From: an uncultured Methanomicrobiales archaeon
GTDB lineage: Archaea > Halobacteriota > Methanomicrobia > Methanomicrobiales > Methanospirillaceae
NCBI GenBank assembly: GCA_963758915.1
Contig: CAVWXH010000007.1
Coordinates: forward strand, 32,001 to 96,000
Length of the DNA stretch: 64,000 bases
Direction: 5' to 3'
This document shows positions 19,043 to 29,386 of the stretch, piece after piece. The position numbers and the translations under genes are program-made. The notes under the pieces are model-generated. The model did not search any database and had not been told where the DNA came from. It saw nothing but the letters and a program-made list of their open reading frames with translations. The stretch's first letter is position 1, and every line of letters begins with the position of its first letter.

Positions 19043-20893
19043 TTAAGCCCCAATCGCCGCAAGATTGCCCGGACTCCTCATGTAGAGCCAGTAACTCCTG
19101 GTCGGGTACAGCAGTGTTGATTCACTTGTGTCCTCGTTGAAGATTGTCGGTTCATACTGTTGCGAAATTGAATCAAATCCCATTGAGTTCACCCAGTCGG
19201 GCTGGACTGAAAGATAGGTGTTCCGGGCTGATGCCGGGGTTAAACCCGTGAAACCTATCGTGTTCCATCCTGCCGGGAGGCTCCGGGTTGGAGGAGAATT
19301 CAGATTCGTGTCAAAATTGAGAGTGACCACGGTATCTGAAACTGAATAGACCCAGATGCCATACAGCGGTTGTACCGGTGTAGTCGCGAGGACCGTTACC
19401 CAGCGCGGCGGGTTCTGTGCACCGTCCCACATGAAGGCTGAATGTCCCCCCATATCCACATTACCAAATATCGCACCGGTATTCGACCCTGCTGCCAGAA
19501 GCTTAGGTGTTGAAACGAAGTTCCAGCCCGGTGAGAGGTGGATCTGGTCATATTGTCCCGGTGGGGGCAATGTTGGTGTACCCGATGCAGAAATGAAATA
19601 CGGGTCCATGACCGCTTGCGGGTAGAGTGAAAGCATCTTTTTCTGTTTTGTGGGGTCTGATGCTGAGTAGATCAACCCCGGGGTCTCCTTCCCGTTGTCA
19701 AGGTACAGCCCGTCGGGAATGAGGAAATTCTTGTTGACAAGTGTCTGATCATTGCCACTTCTTGCCTCTTTCTTGATGACATTGAACCAGGTAATGCCCT
19801 TGATATTCGGGTAGGCTGATGAGAGGAGACTCGCGTTATAGACCTCGCTTACGTGGGAAACTTTAAGAGATTCTTCCTGGCCGGAATCCCCCTGCCCGTC
19901 ACTGCTCGTCTCGGTGAATATGAAGGGATGGTTTCTCTCCTTTGAGTAAAAGTCGTAAAACCCTTTGATATCTGAGAGTTTTTTAGGCCCGTCCGGCCAG
20001 GAATACCAGGTCATCCCTACCCAGTCAACAGAATCGGAAGGCAGTTGTACCAGGTTGTCATTATTTCCGGGCCAGTAGACCTTCCTGTCATCTTTTGTCT
20101 GCGCAATATTTCCTGCCCAGACGACCTGGATGTTATCCCCGCCCTTCTGGTGGATAAGCGTGTATGCATCACGGAACCACTGGCGGAATGTCTTTTTCGC
20201 CGGGCTGTCAACATGGTCATTTATTTCAGGGTTTACTTCAACATGCGTGTTGAACTCGGGAGCCAGCCAGATCAGGATCGTCGCACCTTTTCCCGAAGAG
20301 TCTTTGTTCCGGTCAGATACTTCTTTTAATTTGGTGGCCAGATCGGTGAGGATTTGACTTCCCGTTTTTCCGTTGGGATAGGTATCAGACAATGAAAGGA
20401 CATGCCCGTTATAGGGTGCGAGTGCAATCATGGGTACCCCGCCATCCAGAATGACCTTTTCAGCCCATACGTCTGGCCCCGGGGACGCGGTATATGCTTT
20501 TTTCCCGTAATCGTTGTCAGGGTAGAAGTTCATCAGGTAGTACCGGGAGAATATGACCTGTCTGGCCCCGGACCCGCTCTGTACGGCATTCACAGATGCC
20601 CGGAAAGACAAAATCCCAGTATCTATCGAATCAAGGCCGCCTGATATCGTTTCACCATAGGATCCAGGCTGGTCCAGGAACTGTGTCTCATAGAGATGGC
20701 CATCTGAATTGCTGTTCTTAAAGTTATTCGGGCCTAATGTCCCTACATTTCCACCAAGGTACACGCCTGCATAACATCCCTTCTCTGAAAGAATACCTTC
20801 GCTGACCGTGGGAATGTGAATAGCAGCGAGAGGCTGGACAAGCAGACATATGCTGATAAGCATTATGGTAACAAATACGAGTGTAGCACGCAT
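19043..20893 (-). CDS. Secreted GH26-like glycoside hydrolase with C-terminal surface-protein domain
   Basis: Signal peptide; WLAPEFN (acid/base Glu), VVWAGN, YWPG..VDWVGMTWY, PFIFTETS (nucleophile Glu), IKGITWFN; C-terminal LSPGWNFVSTP/LPAGWNTIG repeats. Confidence 0.7.
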   Translation of the reverse strand: MRATLVFVTIMLISICLLVQPLAAIHIPTVSEGILSEKGCYAGVYLGGNVGTLGPNNFKNSNSDGHLYETQFLDQPGSYGETISGGLDSIDTGILSFRASVNAVQSGSGARQVIFSRYYLMNFYPDNDYGKKAYTASPGPDVWAEKVILDGGVPMIALAPYNGHVLSLSDTYPNGKTGSQILTDLATKLKEVSDRNKDSSGKGATILIWLAPEFNTHVEVNPEINDHVDSPAKKTFRQWFRDAYTLIHQKGGDNIQVVWAGNIAQTKDDRKVYWPGNNDNLVQLPSDSVDWVGMTWYSWPDGPKKLSDIKGFYDFYSKERNHPFIFTETSSDGQGDSGQEESLKVSHVSEVYNASLLSSAYPNIKGITWFNVIKKEARSGNDQTLVNKNFLIPDGLYLDNGKETPGLIYSASDPTKQKKMLSLYPQAVMDPYFISASGTPTLPPPGQYDQIHLSPGWNFVSTPKLLAAGSNTGAIFGNVDMGGHSAFMWDGAQNPPRWVTVLATTPVQPLYGIWVYSVSDTVVTLNFDTNLNSPPTRSLPAGWNTIGFTGLTPASARNTYLSVQPDWVNSMGFDSISQQYEPTIFNEDTSESTLLYPTRSYWLYMRSPGNLAAIGA

Positions 20894-21062
20894 GATGATC
20901 GTTCTCCAGCCAGATACCCGCATAAAGATCGTGCAGGCATCTGAAGAATATCCGGTCAACCGTAATATTTATTTTTTATTTTTTCGGGATTACCCAGTTT
21001 TATACTATTACTCAATTCTATACTATTATTTGGCATCTAAAAAAAGACTGCTGATTTACAGA

Positions 21063-21755
21063 CTACCCCCTCATATGTGAGCCGTCACAAAATGGTTTAT
21101 TCCCTGAATTCCCACACCTGCACAGGGTAACGCGGTTGCGGATTTCATATACGAACCCATCGGCGGAGATGACGGAAATACCCCCGCGGACCCAGAGCGG
21201 GCCGGAAATACCTTTTATAGGGCCTTCCACAAGCCCGATGGATTTTTCAAACGCGGGCTCAAGCGGCTCCCCTGTCTTTTTATCCCAGATAACAAGTCGA
21301 CCCGAATTGCAGTCAGCTGCCATTTGTATGGCGGTTTTCCCCGCATTGGGATTACCAGACTCTTCGACAAGTGCCCAGATCCCTTTTCCCCGGACACAGA
21401 AATGGGCATGTGAGCAAAAACCCGGTGCATCGCTTAACCTGATACCGGGCCCTTCTGTCCATCCTGCCCGCTTAAGATATGGTACGCGGCTGGCAGTTTC
21501 AGTCCCGTCAAAATGATTGTTCAGGTGGGTACCATCGCAGAAGGGTTTATCGCGGGAGCCTCCGCATCGACACAGGGCACAGGTCTCCTGTACCGGGTAC
21601 CGTTCACCCTCCTTCCATTCGACCGCATCCCCTCTGGAATTGCAGACAAGTGTCAGCCTTACAAGCGGGACGTTTCCTGATACGATACAAGGACCATTTT
21701 TTGTGATCCGGATTTCAGGTTCATCTTTTTTATTGGTACCTGTCAATTTTCTCAC
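21063..21755 (-). CDS. CDGSH iron-sulfur domain protein
   Basis: LCRCGGSRDKPFCDGTH and LCRCGNSGNKPFCDGSH flanking a central CSHAHFC..C Fe-S-like segment. Confidence 0.92.
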   Translation of the reverse strand: MRKLTGTNKKDEPEIRITKNGPCIVSGNVPLVRLTLVCNSRGDAVEWKEGERYPVQETCALCRCGGSRDKPFCDGTHLNNHFDGTETASRVPYLKRAGWTEGPGIRLSDAPGFCSHAHFCVRGKGIWALVEESGNPNAGKTAIQMAADCNSGRLVIWDKKTGEPLEPAFEKSIGLVEGPIKGISGPLWVRGGISVISADGFVYEIRNRVTLCRCGNSGNKPFCDGSHMRG

Positions 21756-21941
21756 CCCGGAACCAGCTGGCTACCTGGTAGGTACGTATCTTCCTGCATT
21801 AAACCAACCGTTTCTCAACTCCCAAGAGATCTCGCTTCAGGCCCGGTATTTCCCTGCCATACCATACAGTGGCCGTAAAAGCATGTCAGCAGCAGGTATG
21901 AACAGGGGTCCCCTGCCCGTCCCGGCTGAACCGTTTATAAT

Positions 21942-22244
21942 TCATTCGAACTGCTTCACTGCTCCAGGCAGGCAGGTCACAACCCCCCGTATACCCGAAA
22001 CTGCCAGGGTCATCAGGATTGCATCCACAACTTCTTCTTTTGTCGCTCCGGCCTGTTTCGCCATGGGGACATGCGCCCTCACCGCCATCTCATCTCCCAC
22101 CGAGGCCTTCATAGCAATGTAGATGAGTTGTTTTGTCTTCTGGTCAAGTCCCCTGGAAGCGACGAGTGACATGATCAGGCCGTTAAATGCCGTTGCAACT
22201 TCGGGTGCTTCGTTCTGGAAAATTTCCATCGGGTTTTCGCTCAT
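21942..22244 (-). CDS. Carboxymuconolactone decarboxylase/AhpD-like protein
   Basis: LDQKTKQLIYIA, HVPMAKQAGATKEEV. Confidence 0.85.
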   Translation of the reverse strand: MSENPMEIFQNEAPEVATAFNGLIMSLVASRGLDQKTKQLIYIAMKASVGDEMAVRAHVPMAKQAGATKEEVVDAILMTLAVSGIRGVVTCLPGAVKQFE

Positions 22245-22561
22245 TTCATCCTCTTACCCGAATATGAGATTTTTTCCGGGAATAAAGTTGTTACATGCCG
22301 CCGGGTGGCCATGGATGAAGTGCTATAAAATGCCGCAAATTGGAATGACCATCAAAAAAATATGAAGGATTTCCCATGAAAATATCAAAACGGACCCCAA
22401 TATATAGAATTTTGAACAAGTTATTTTCATAAACCGGGTGTGAACTTCCCGTTCATGAGTGTTTCAACAAACGCACTATCTGCCCTTGGCACATGGGGGA
22501 GTATGAAAAATACGGGCATTCCGATGGTTGCGAGGAATGTTACATACCAGCCAAAAATCTA

Positions 22562-23689
22562 TTATTTTCCAAACAGCCGTACTACCTCTTTGAGGCATTT
22601 GCGGATAGGGATGTGCTGGGGGCATAAACTTTCGCAGACCCCGCAGTCCTGGCAACAGGACGCGGCACCACCAAATCCGGTAAAGACCTCGTATACCTGT
22701 TTTGCATTACCGGTATCATCATAGATGAACGCATCGTTATACATCGAGAAACAGTCGGGTATCGCGATTCCCCCGGGGCATGGGAGACAATAACCGCATT
22801 TCGTACATGGGATTTTCATTTTTTCACGGTACACGCTTTTTATTTTTTCGTATACCAACAGTTCCTCCCTGGTAAGCGCTGAGGGTGTCCCGTGATTGGC
22901 ATAGCTTGCGTTATCCCTGACCTGGTTGAGTTTGCTCATCCCTGACAGGACAACGGTCACTTCCGGGTGGTCCCATACCCACCGTAACCCCCATTCCGCC
23001 GGTGCCCTTGAGGTCCCGGTTTCAGCCCAGATTTTTTTCAAAACCCCGGACTGGTTTGTCAGCGTCCCGCCACGGAGCGGCTCCATGACCACGATACCAA
23101 GGCCCCGTTCATGTGCGTAGCGGAGCCCTTCTGTCCCGGCCTGGTATTCCTCGTCCATGTAGTTATACTGGACCTGGCAGAATGTCCAGTTGTAGGAATT
23201 AACGATCTCCTTGAAAAGGCAGAGATTGTCGTGAAACGAGAACCCTGCGTACCTTATACGCCCGTCTGCAATTGCCCGGTCAAGGAATCCGGTCACGTCC
23301 AGGTCAACTACCTGGTTCCAGGTCTTTTTCATGAGCCCGTGGAGCAGATAAAAGTCAATGTGGTCGGTCTGAAGCCGCTCCAGCTGCTCATCGAGGAACC
23401 GGTCCATGTCATCAGGTTTCTCCACGGCCCAGACAGGCATTTTCGTCGCGATATTGACCTTTTCCCGGTACCCGCCGGAGAGGGCTCGCCCGAGAAAACC
23501 TTCACTTTCCCCGTTATGGTACACGTACGCGGTATCAAAATAATTAACACCCCGCGATATGGCATAGCGCACCATTTCAGTCGCTTTTTCCTCGTCAATA
23601 TGGCAGTCAGGAGTCTGGGGCAGTCTCATGCACCCAAACCCAAGTATTGAGAGTTTCTCCCCGGCCTTTTTCATTGTCCGATATAACAT
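22562..23689 (-). CDS. Aldo/keto reductase with C-terminal 4Fe-4S domain
   Basis: LGFGCMRLP, NYFDTAYVYH, LQTDHIDFYLLH, CTKCGYCLPCP, CQDCGVCESLCP. Confidence 0.92.
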   Translation of the reverse strand: MLYRTMKKAGEKLSILGFGCMRLPQTPDCHIDEEKATEMVRYAISRGVNYFDTAYVYHNGESEGFLGRALSGGYREKVNIATKMPVWAVEKPDDMDRFLDEQLERLQTDHIDFYLLHGLMKKTWNQVVDLDVTGFLDRAIADGRIRYAGFSFHDNLCLFKEIVNSYNWTFCQVQYNYMDEEYQAGTEGLRYAHERGLGIVVMEPLRGGTLTNQSGVLKKIWAETGTSRAPAEWGLRWVWDHPEVTVVLSGMSKLNQVRDNASYANHGTPSALTREELLVYEKIKSVYREKMKIPCTKCGYCLPCPGGIAIPDCFSMYNDAFIYDDTGNAKQVYEVFTGFGGAASCCQDCGVCESLCPQHIPIRKCLKEVVRLFGK

Positions 23690-23872
23690 ACGTGTTTCAC
23701 AACTCCTGAAATCCTTAATGATACCTTAACTGGTTGATCCCCCATCTCCTTCCCTGCACCCATTGCCGTTAAGCCCCTGCTCATGACCGGTTTTCCCTTC
23801 GTTCCTGGCTATAATTCCCAGCACGGGAATTCCCCAGTCCTGGTAAAGTACAGCAACGTAGAAGACATGATA

Positions 23873-24440
23873 TCACGTTTTAAGGTTCCTGCCTGCCTTC
23901 CAGGCATCACCCATGTACTCTCCCGATACCCCAGTACCGGTTGTCAGGCATGGTAAGGAGGAGCGGGTTGATCTTTTTAATATCGGGGTGACCGTCAGTC
24001 AGGTATTGTTCTTCAGTATACGATGCAACAATCTCACCTATATAGAAGTTATTTGTCGGGTTATCTACCGTATTGACAAGGCGGCATTCAAGAGAGAGCG
24101 GGCACTCACTGATCATTGGTGCAGATTTCAGGTCCCCGAAGAATATGTCAAACAGGGCTGATTTGTCAGTTGTCTTTCCCGATACCAGTCCACAGTAATC
24201 TGTTTTTTCAATCATTCCAACCGTGGGAAAATTGATGCTGAAGGTCTTGTTTTCCAGAATGCCCCTGTTGGTATGGTGGTGTTTGCCCACACCACACCCG
24301 ATCATCGGGGGGTTTGCATTCACCCTTGATACCCAGCCAAGCGCCATAAAATTCGGGACAGAATTGACATTCACCCCGAGAAGTGTGACGGGCATGGGAT
24401 ACATAAAAACGTTGGCAGAATAGCGTACCTTGTTCACCAT
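23873..24440 (-). CDS. Flavin reductase/flavoredoxin family protein (apparent frameshift near 3' end)
   Basis: YPMPVTLLG, DYCGLVSG, APMISECPLSLEC; removing one base from the run at 23922-23924 gives the plausible C-terminus GEYMGDAWKAGRNLKT. Confidence 0.85.
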
Positions 24441-24596
24441 TGAGACTTCACCTGTGTAACAGGTGTTCGTCCCCGGTATATGGTAATGCTATCGCTACTC
24501 AACAAAAATGCCGGATATCAGTCTTCCAATGGGTTATTACCAGGATCCTGTCCCTGCCAGAGGAAAAAAGAAAAATACGGGGTATTCAGGACCTGG

Positions 24597-25295
24597 TCAT
24601 AATTTCTTTCTTGCACAGACAGCAAGTCCCAGGCCTGCAATCATCACGGCCACCGCGACAACCCCGGCGGGTAACGGGGCTTTCGTAGTCGGGAGGGCTG
24701 TGGGCAGGGGATTTAAGGTTGCATAGAGGTTTACTTTCTCACCCTGGCCGGGATATTGCGTGATTGGCGCGTTAAATGTCGTATATCCGGGCATCTGGAC
24801 GCTATAGGTCTTGAATGGAGTCCCTGTTGTGTAGACCTGGACCGTAAAGGTACCTTGTGCGATCTGCCCCTCGTTGGTCGTGTCGAAGAAGACCGTTGCA
24901 CCGTCCACGTTACAGTTCACCACGTACCACCCGATATTCCCTCCGATGGGCTGGGGGGGTGTCGTCGGAGCGATCGGGTTCAGGGTCGCATAGAGGTCAA
25001 CCTGTTCTCCCTTTGCAGGATACTGGGTGACAGGTGCATTGAAAGTTGTATAGCCCGCCATTTGAACTGAGTACGTTTTGTACGGTGTCCCGGTGGAATA
25101 GACCGGTACGGTAAGAGTACCCTGGGCAATCTGTCCTTGTAAAACCCCGTCGAAATAGACACTTGCGCCATTTACATTACAATACACAACATACCACCCC
25201 TGGTCTCCACCGATCGGGGTTGCTGCCGAAACGCCCTGACCTGCTGCCAGCAATGCAAGCAGGACAATTAGTAATGAAATCCATTTTTTATGCAT
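24597..25295 (-). CDS. Surface protein with two tandem PEGA-like domains and C-terminal TM anchor
   Basis: Signal peptide; duplicated ~95-aa unit PIGG..GWYVV.CNV.GA.V.FD; TM plus RKK. Confidence 0.8.
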   Translation of the reverse strand: MHKKWISLLIVLLALLAAGQGVSAATPIGGDQGWYVVYCNVNGASVYFDGVLQGQIAQGTLTVPVYSTGTPYKTYSVQMAGYTTFNAPVTQYPAKGEQVDLYATLNPIAPTTPPQPIGGNIGWYVVNCNVDGATVFFDTTNEGQIAQGTFTVQVYTTGTPFKTYSVQMPGYTTFNAPITQYPGQGEKVNLYATLNPLPTALPTTKAPLPAGVVAVAVMIAGLGLAVCARKKL

Positions 25296-25558
25296 TCAGA
25301 ATCATCTCCTGTAATTCTGATTGAGAGTGGCTAGTATAAAAAACCGTACCGATAAGACGGGTGATTATCAGAAGATATTGATACATAATGGCGGATTGGA
25401 TGCCATCGGCCTTTGAACTGCTGATAGCCTGATTTTAAAGGTGCATTGTAACCGTATCCCGGTTTTACAGAATCGGCACATTTTTCATCTCACCTCAAAA
25501 AGTCTATCTATCCGGAACAGTTTCGTCAGCCCACGCCGGAGCAAGGGAGACCAGACCC

Positions 25559-26743
25559 GTGACTACCATGCATACCAAAGAGAAGACTGCCACCGGACCG
25601 TCAGCTTCGCGTGCTGATGCATTCGGCGAATCCGTTATCAGGGAAATGACCCGCCTTGCCATACAACATAATGCTATCAACCTGGCACAGGGTTTTCCTG
25701 ATTTTTCCTGCCCTGAAGAACTGAAACAGGCGGCCTGCTACGCGGTGAACGCGGATATCAACCAGTATGCCATTACCTGGGGAGCGCAGGATCTCCGGGA
25801 AGCACTTGCTGCGAAAGTGAAACAGTATAATCACATGGAATTTAACCCGGCGACCGAGATCACCGTCACCTGCGGGTCAACCGAGGCGATGATGGCATCG
25901 ATGCTGGCCCTGATCTCCCCGGGAGACGAGGTAATTGTGCCGGAGCCGTTTTACGAGAATTATGGTCCGGACGCTATTATTTCAGGTGCAACCCCGAAAT
26001 TTGTCCCTATTACCGACAATGCCCCGCTGGAGGAGGAAGCCTGGAAAGAGGCTTTTTCCAAGCATAGCCGGGCAATTATTATCAATACCCCGAATAATCC
26101 TACAGGGAAGGTATTTTCTGTTGAAGAACTGCAGTTTATCGCCGATCTTTGTACAGACCATGACGTGATAGCGGTCACTGACGAGATTTATGAGCATATC
26201 CTCTATGACGGGCGGAAACACGTCTCGATAGGGTCGCTTCCCGGTATGGAGGACCGGACAATCACCATCGGCAGTTTTTCGAAGACCTACAGTGTGACCG
26301 GGTGGAGGGTAGGGTATACCCTGGCCAGTGAGGCGTTGTCGGGGAGGATACGCAAGATCCATGATTTTCTTACGGTCGGGGCCCCGGCACCCCTGCAGGC
26401 GGCCTGTACTGCAGCACTCGCCCTGCCTGATTCGTATTACCGTGGTCTTGCAAGGTTATACGAGTCCAAGCGCAGGAAACTATTTAAGGGGCTCTCTGAC
26501 GCCGGTTTTCGGTGCCGTCTCCCGGAGGGGGCCTATTACATCTTCACCGAAATCGGTGACTTCGGAATGAACGATATTGATTTCGCACGGTTCCTTGTAG
26601 AGAAAGGGGGTATCGCGGCAGTCCCGGGGAGCTCATTTTACCGGGACGGCGGCTCGGACAGGCTCCGGTTTACCTTCTCAAAAAAGGATGAGACCCTCGA
26701 TGAAGCGTGTCGAAGGCTTAAAGAACTTGATATTCCTGGTTAA
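25559..26743 (+). CDS. PLP-dependent aminotransferase class I/II
   Basis: INLAQGFPDF, NTPNNPTG, DEIYE, SFSKTYSVTGWRVG. Confidence 0.92.
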   Translation: MTTMHTKEKTATGPSASRADAFGESVIREMTRLAIQHNAINLAQGFPDFSCPEELKQAACYAVNADINQYAITWGAQDLREALAAKVKQYNHMEFNPATEITVTCGSTEAMMASMLALISPGDEVIVPEPFYENYGPDAIISGATPKFVPITDNAPLEEEAWKEAFSKHSRAIIINTPNNPTGKVFSVEELQFIADLCTDHDVIAVTDEIYEHILYDGRKHVSIGSLPGMEDRTITIGSFSKTYSVTGWRVGYTLASEALSGRIRKIHDFLTVGAPAPLQAACTAALALPDSYYRGLARLYESKRRKLFKGLSDAGFRCRLPEGAYYIFTEIGDFGMNDIDFARFLVEKGGIAAVPGSSFYRDGGSDRLRFTFSKKDETLDEACRRLKELDIPG

Positions 26744-26900
26744 TCAGTTCACAGATGAACAACCTGAATTTCAATGACTCTGTCTGGTGGAGATCCTGTG
26801 GGACCTGCACATGGCGGACGATTGGTCACCTGGAACGATACAAATAATTAAGTCCCTGTATGTAATAATTCGGAAAGGGATTTCTGGATAACCGAGGGAG

Positions 26901-27110
26901 TTGAAACAATTGGCGATTGATCCGGTTTGCGGGATGAATGTGAATGAAACGCGTGCAGAAAACGAAAGCGTCTACAAAGGGATTAAGTATTATTTTTGTT
27001 CGGCAGTATGCCGCGAGGAGTTTGACCGGGACCCGGACGCCTATATGTATGCAGACCCTGATGAGTCAGATCTCGATTATCGCGACGAATCGTTTGATTC
27101 TGATGATTAA
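26901..27110 (+). CDS. YHS-domain protein with acidic tail
   Basis: DPVCGM..YKGIKYYFCSAVCREEF. Confidence 0.85.
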   Translation: MKQLAIDPVCGMNVNETRAENESVYKGIKYYFCSAVCREEFDRDPDAYMYADPDESDLDYRDESFDSDD

Positions 27111-27176
27111 ATAAAAAAAAACGGCTGGTATGAAAAAAGCATGAAATAAATAAGAAAATTGGTTTATACCAACAGT

Positions 27177-27827
27177 TCAGTCTTTTTTACCAATGCAGAG
27201 TGCCAGGGTGCCTGCCAGCAATCCACCAGTGAGAATGATCACACTTAACCCTGAAGATTTGGTCGGTGCCGGTATTGAATCGGAAGCAACAGGGGAGGCA
27301 GGGACCAGGGGGGTGGCCGGCACCGGTGTTCCGGGAACTGCAACAGGTCCTGATATGCTCTGCAACGACCCGGGGACTGCCTGCCCTGCGTTATTCTGCT
27401 GGATTACCTGAAGAAGGAGGACCCCGGACACACCAGCAGGGACACTGCCCGTGACTGATGCAGAGACCGATACATCATTACTGTTCGGGTAGGAGAGCAG
27501 GAAGCCGTTGATAAATGCCGCGTTACCTTTCGCGGGTATCACTGCAGCAGGTATACCGTTTACCATTACCTGCACATCCCACCGGGGATCGGCCAGCCCG
27601 GTAGTAAGTTGCAACTGGTTTCCTTCAATAAAGGTGGTCGCCCCCTGGGGAATAATCGCAATAATTGCAGTAACAGACTGTTGTGCTCCAGGCTGAAGGG
27701 GTGTTGCTGAAGGGTTGAGTTCAGACTGCTGGATCTGGAATGTCGCAGATACCGGCAGGACCAAGGCTAAAATGACCAGTATAACGCCACCACAGAGGAT
27801 AAAGGGATTTTTAAAGATCTGCCGCAT
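27177..27827 (-). CDS. Hypothetical surface protein (signal peptide, Pro-rich linker, C-terminal TM)
   Basis: LPVSA signal; PTKSSG then TM then KKD. Confidence 0.75.
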   Translation of the reverse strand: MRQIFKNPFILCGGVILVILALVLPVSATFQIQQSELNPSATPLQPGAQQSVTAIIAIIPQGATTFIEGNQLQLTTGLADPRWDVQVMVNGIPAAVIPAKGNAAFINGFLLSYPNSNDVSVSASVTGSVPAGVSGVLLLQVIQQNNAGQAVPGSLQSISGPVAVPGTPVPATPLVPASPVASDSIPAPTKSSGLSVIILTGGLLAGTLALCIGKKD

Positions 27828-27960
27828 GATTACGCAAAGGCGGTCTTTCTCAATGGACTATATACATTCCGGTTCAGGCATGGCATACTGCTGATGCCGG
27901 CGATCCTTCTGTAAAATGAAAGTCGAATGTCTTATATCCATGGCAGAGGACTGACTTTAT

Positions 27961-28311
27961 ATGGGGCATTTTGCCAGGGGGGATGTAATTATCGCACAGG
28001 TCCCGTGTTTTGGGAGAGCCGCCGCAAAACTCCGTCCTGCCGTGGTGATTGGGACTGACGGGAATAATGACCTCCTCGTCGTCCCCGTAAGCAGCCAGCC
28101 TTCAACAGACTCCCCGTCGCTCCCTCTTTCCCTTGATGATTTTTTGGAGGGGGGTCTCGATATGTTCAACGAGAGCTATATCCTTTTTTCCTATGTCAGC
28201 ACCATCCACCCCAGCGATGTGGCAGGAAAACGCGGTCACCTGACCAGCGAATTTACCAGCCAGGTTATTTCACGTATAACGCCGGTCAGCTTTGGTGATA
28301 AACGGCGATAA
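27961..28311 (+). CDS. PemK/MazF-family toxin-like protein
   Basis: RGDVIIAQVP..KLRPAVVI..LLVVPVSS. Confidence 0.8.
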   Translation: MGHFARGDVIIAQVPCFGRAAAKLRPAVVIGTDGNNDLLVVPVSSQPSTDSPSLPLSLDDFLEGGLDMFNESYILFSYVSTIHPSDVAGKRGHLTSEFTSQVISRITPVSFGDKRR

Positions 28312-28519
28312 AACCCAAATATTCGCCTGATTAACTTGTGGCTGAATAATCAGCGAGGGAATTACGGTTGTTGCAACACCAGTACGACCGGGGTACCAGC
28401 ACCAAAACAGAACCCTTAAAAAGAAACGAAGTTTGGGAATGGGCAATAACCGCTCCTGCCGGTTATATTGTCCAGGTCAGGATCTTTAAAAAAACGGTTT
28501 TTAAAACAGCATCACAGAT

Positions 28520-28708
28520 TTAATACTCCCGGAGCGGGTACCCCGCGGTCCGGGCAAGCCATTTCACACCGTAATACAGGACCGGGGTCAGAATAAGAAT
28601 CGTGACGACATTGGCCAGAACATTATGCGTGACGGAGTAGAGGTAATCACCCACAATGACCGAGATAACAACCGATATCAGCAGTACAATCAGTTCCAGC
28701 CGTTCCAT
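28520..28708 (-). CDS. Small two-TM membrane protein
   Basis: 62-aa hydrophobic ORF preceded by GGAGG. Confidence 0.6.
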   Translation of the reverse strand: MERLELIVLLISVVISVIVGDYLYSVTHNVLANVVTILILTPVLYYGVKWLARTAGYPLREY

Positions 28709-28957
28709 TCTACCCTCCGGGTATCAGTTTCCATTTTCATTTCATCCATATATTCGCGTATTACACGTAATGATTGCTGGTACGGTCAGGACACCGCACC
28801 TCAAATCACGGGGATAACATTCCACGAGAATGATTACTGATATCGCGTCTCCCTGCTGCCGGTATTGTTGATTCATAACCTACGGGATAGGATCTCAAGA
28901 GCATGGAGGATTGTAGAAAACTAATACTTAAGCGTCCGGAACTCCCGATGTACATGA

Positions 28958-29098
28958 ATGGACAAGGATAGTGACTGGAAACAAAAGACTGGTGACACGC
29001 GGCCTGTCGATGAAACCAACCCGGAGGAAACAGCCGAATCCCACTCAGAACGATACCGGAAACGGGTAGAGGCCATCCGGGACTATTTGTCTGAATGA
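28958..29098 (+). CDS. Putative 46-aa small charged protein
   Basis: MDKDSDWKQKTGDTRPVDETNPEETAESHSERYRKRVEAIRDYLSE; AT-rich TAATACTTAAG about 30 nt upstream. Confidence 0.4.
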   Translation: MDKDSDWKQKTGDTRPVDETNPEETAESHSERYRKRVEAIRDYLSE

Positions 29099-29386
29099 CC
29101 ATTGTGGGCTCACGTCCCATCCGTGATTACCGGTTATAGCAGGGGAGTGCCCGGTTTAAAGAAAACCCATTTTGATCCATACATGAAAATGTCATGGAAG
29201 GAACGTTTGCAGAACATTTCCTGTCTTAAAATTTTTGCTGACTGGCTGGAACGTGGGTCATCAGTGAGAAACACAAGGGGATTGGCAAAAGTTCCGGGGC
29301 CCTGAACAGGAGACCTCCCCGGAAATCTCTGGTCGGGTGGAGGGAGCTGGCAAACCAGTTAACCCGGCAGCACCAATGGATTTGTA

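Noticed and set aside
23873-23930. Programmed frameshifting or true pseudogenes at the broken genes
   Set aside because: No slippery heptamer or stimulatory structure is evident; the pattern fits homopolymer errors
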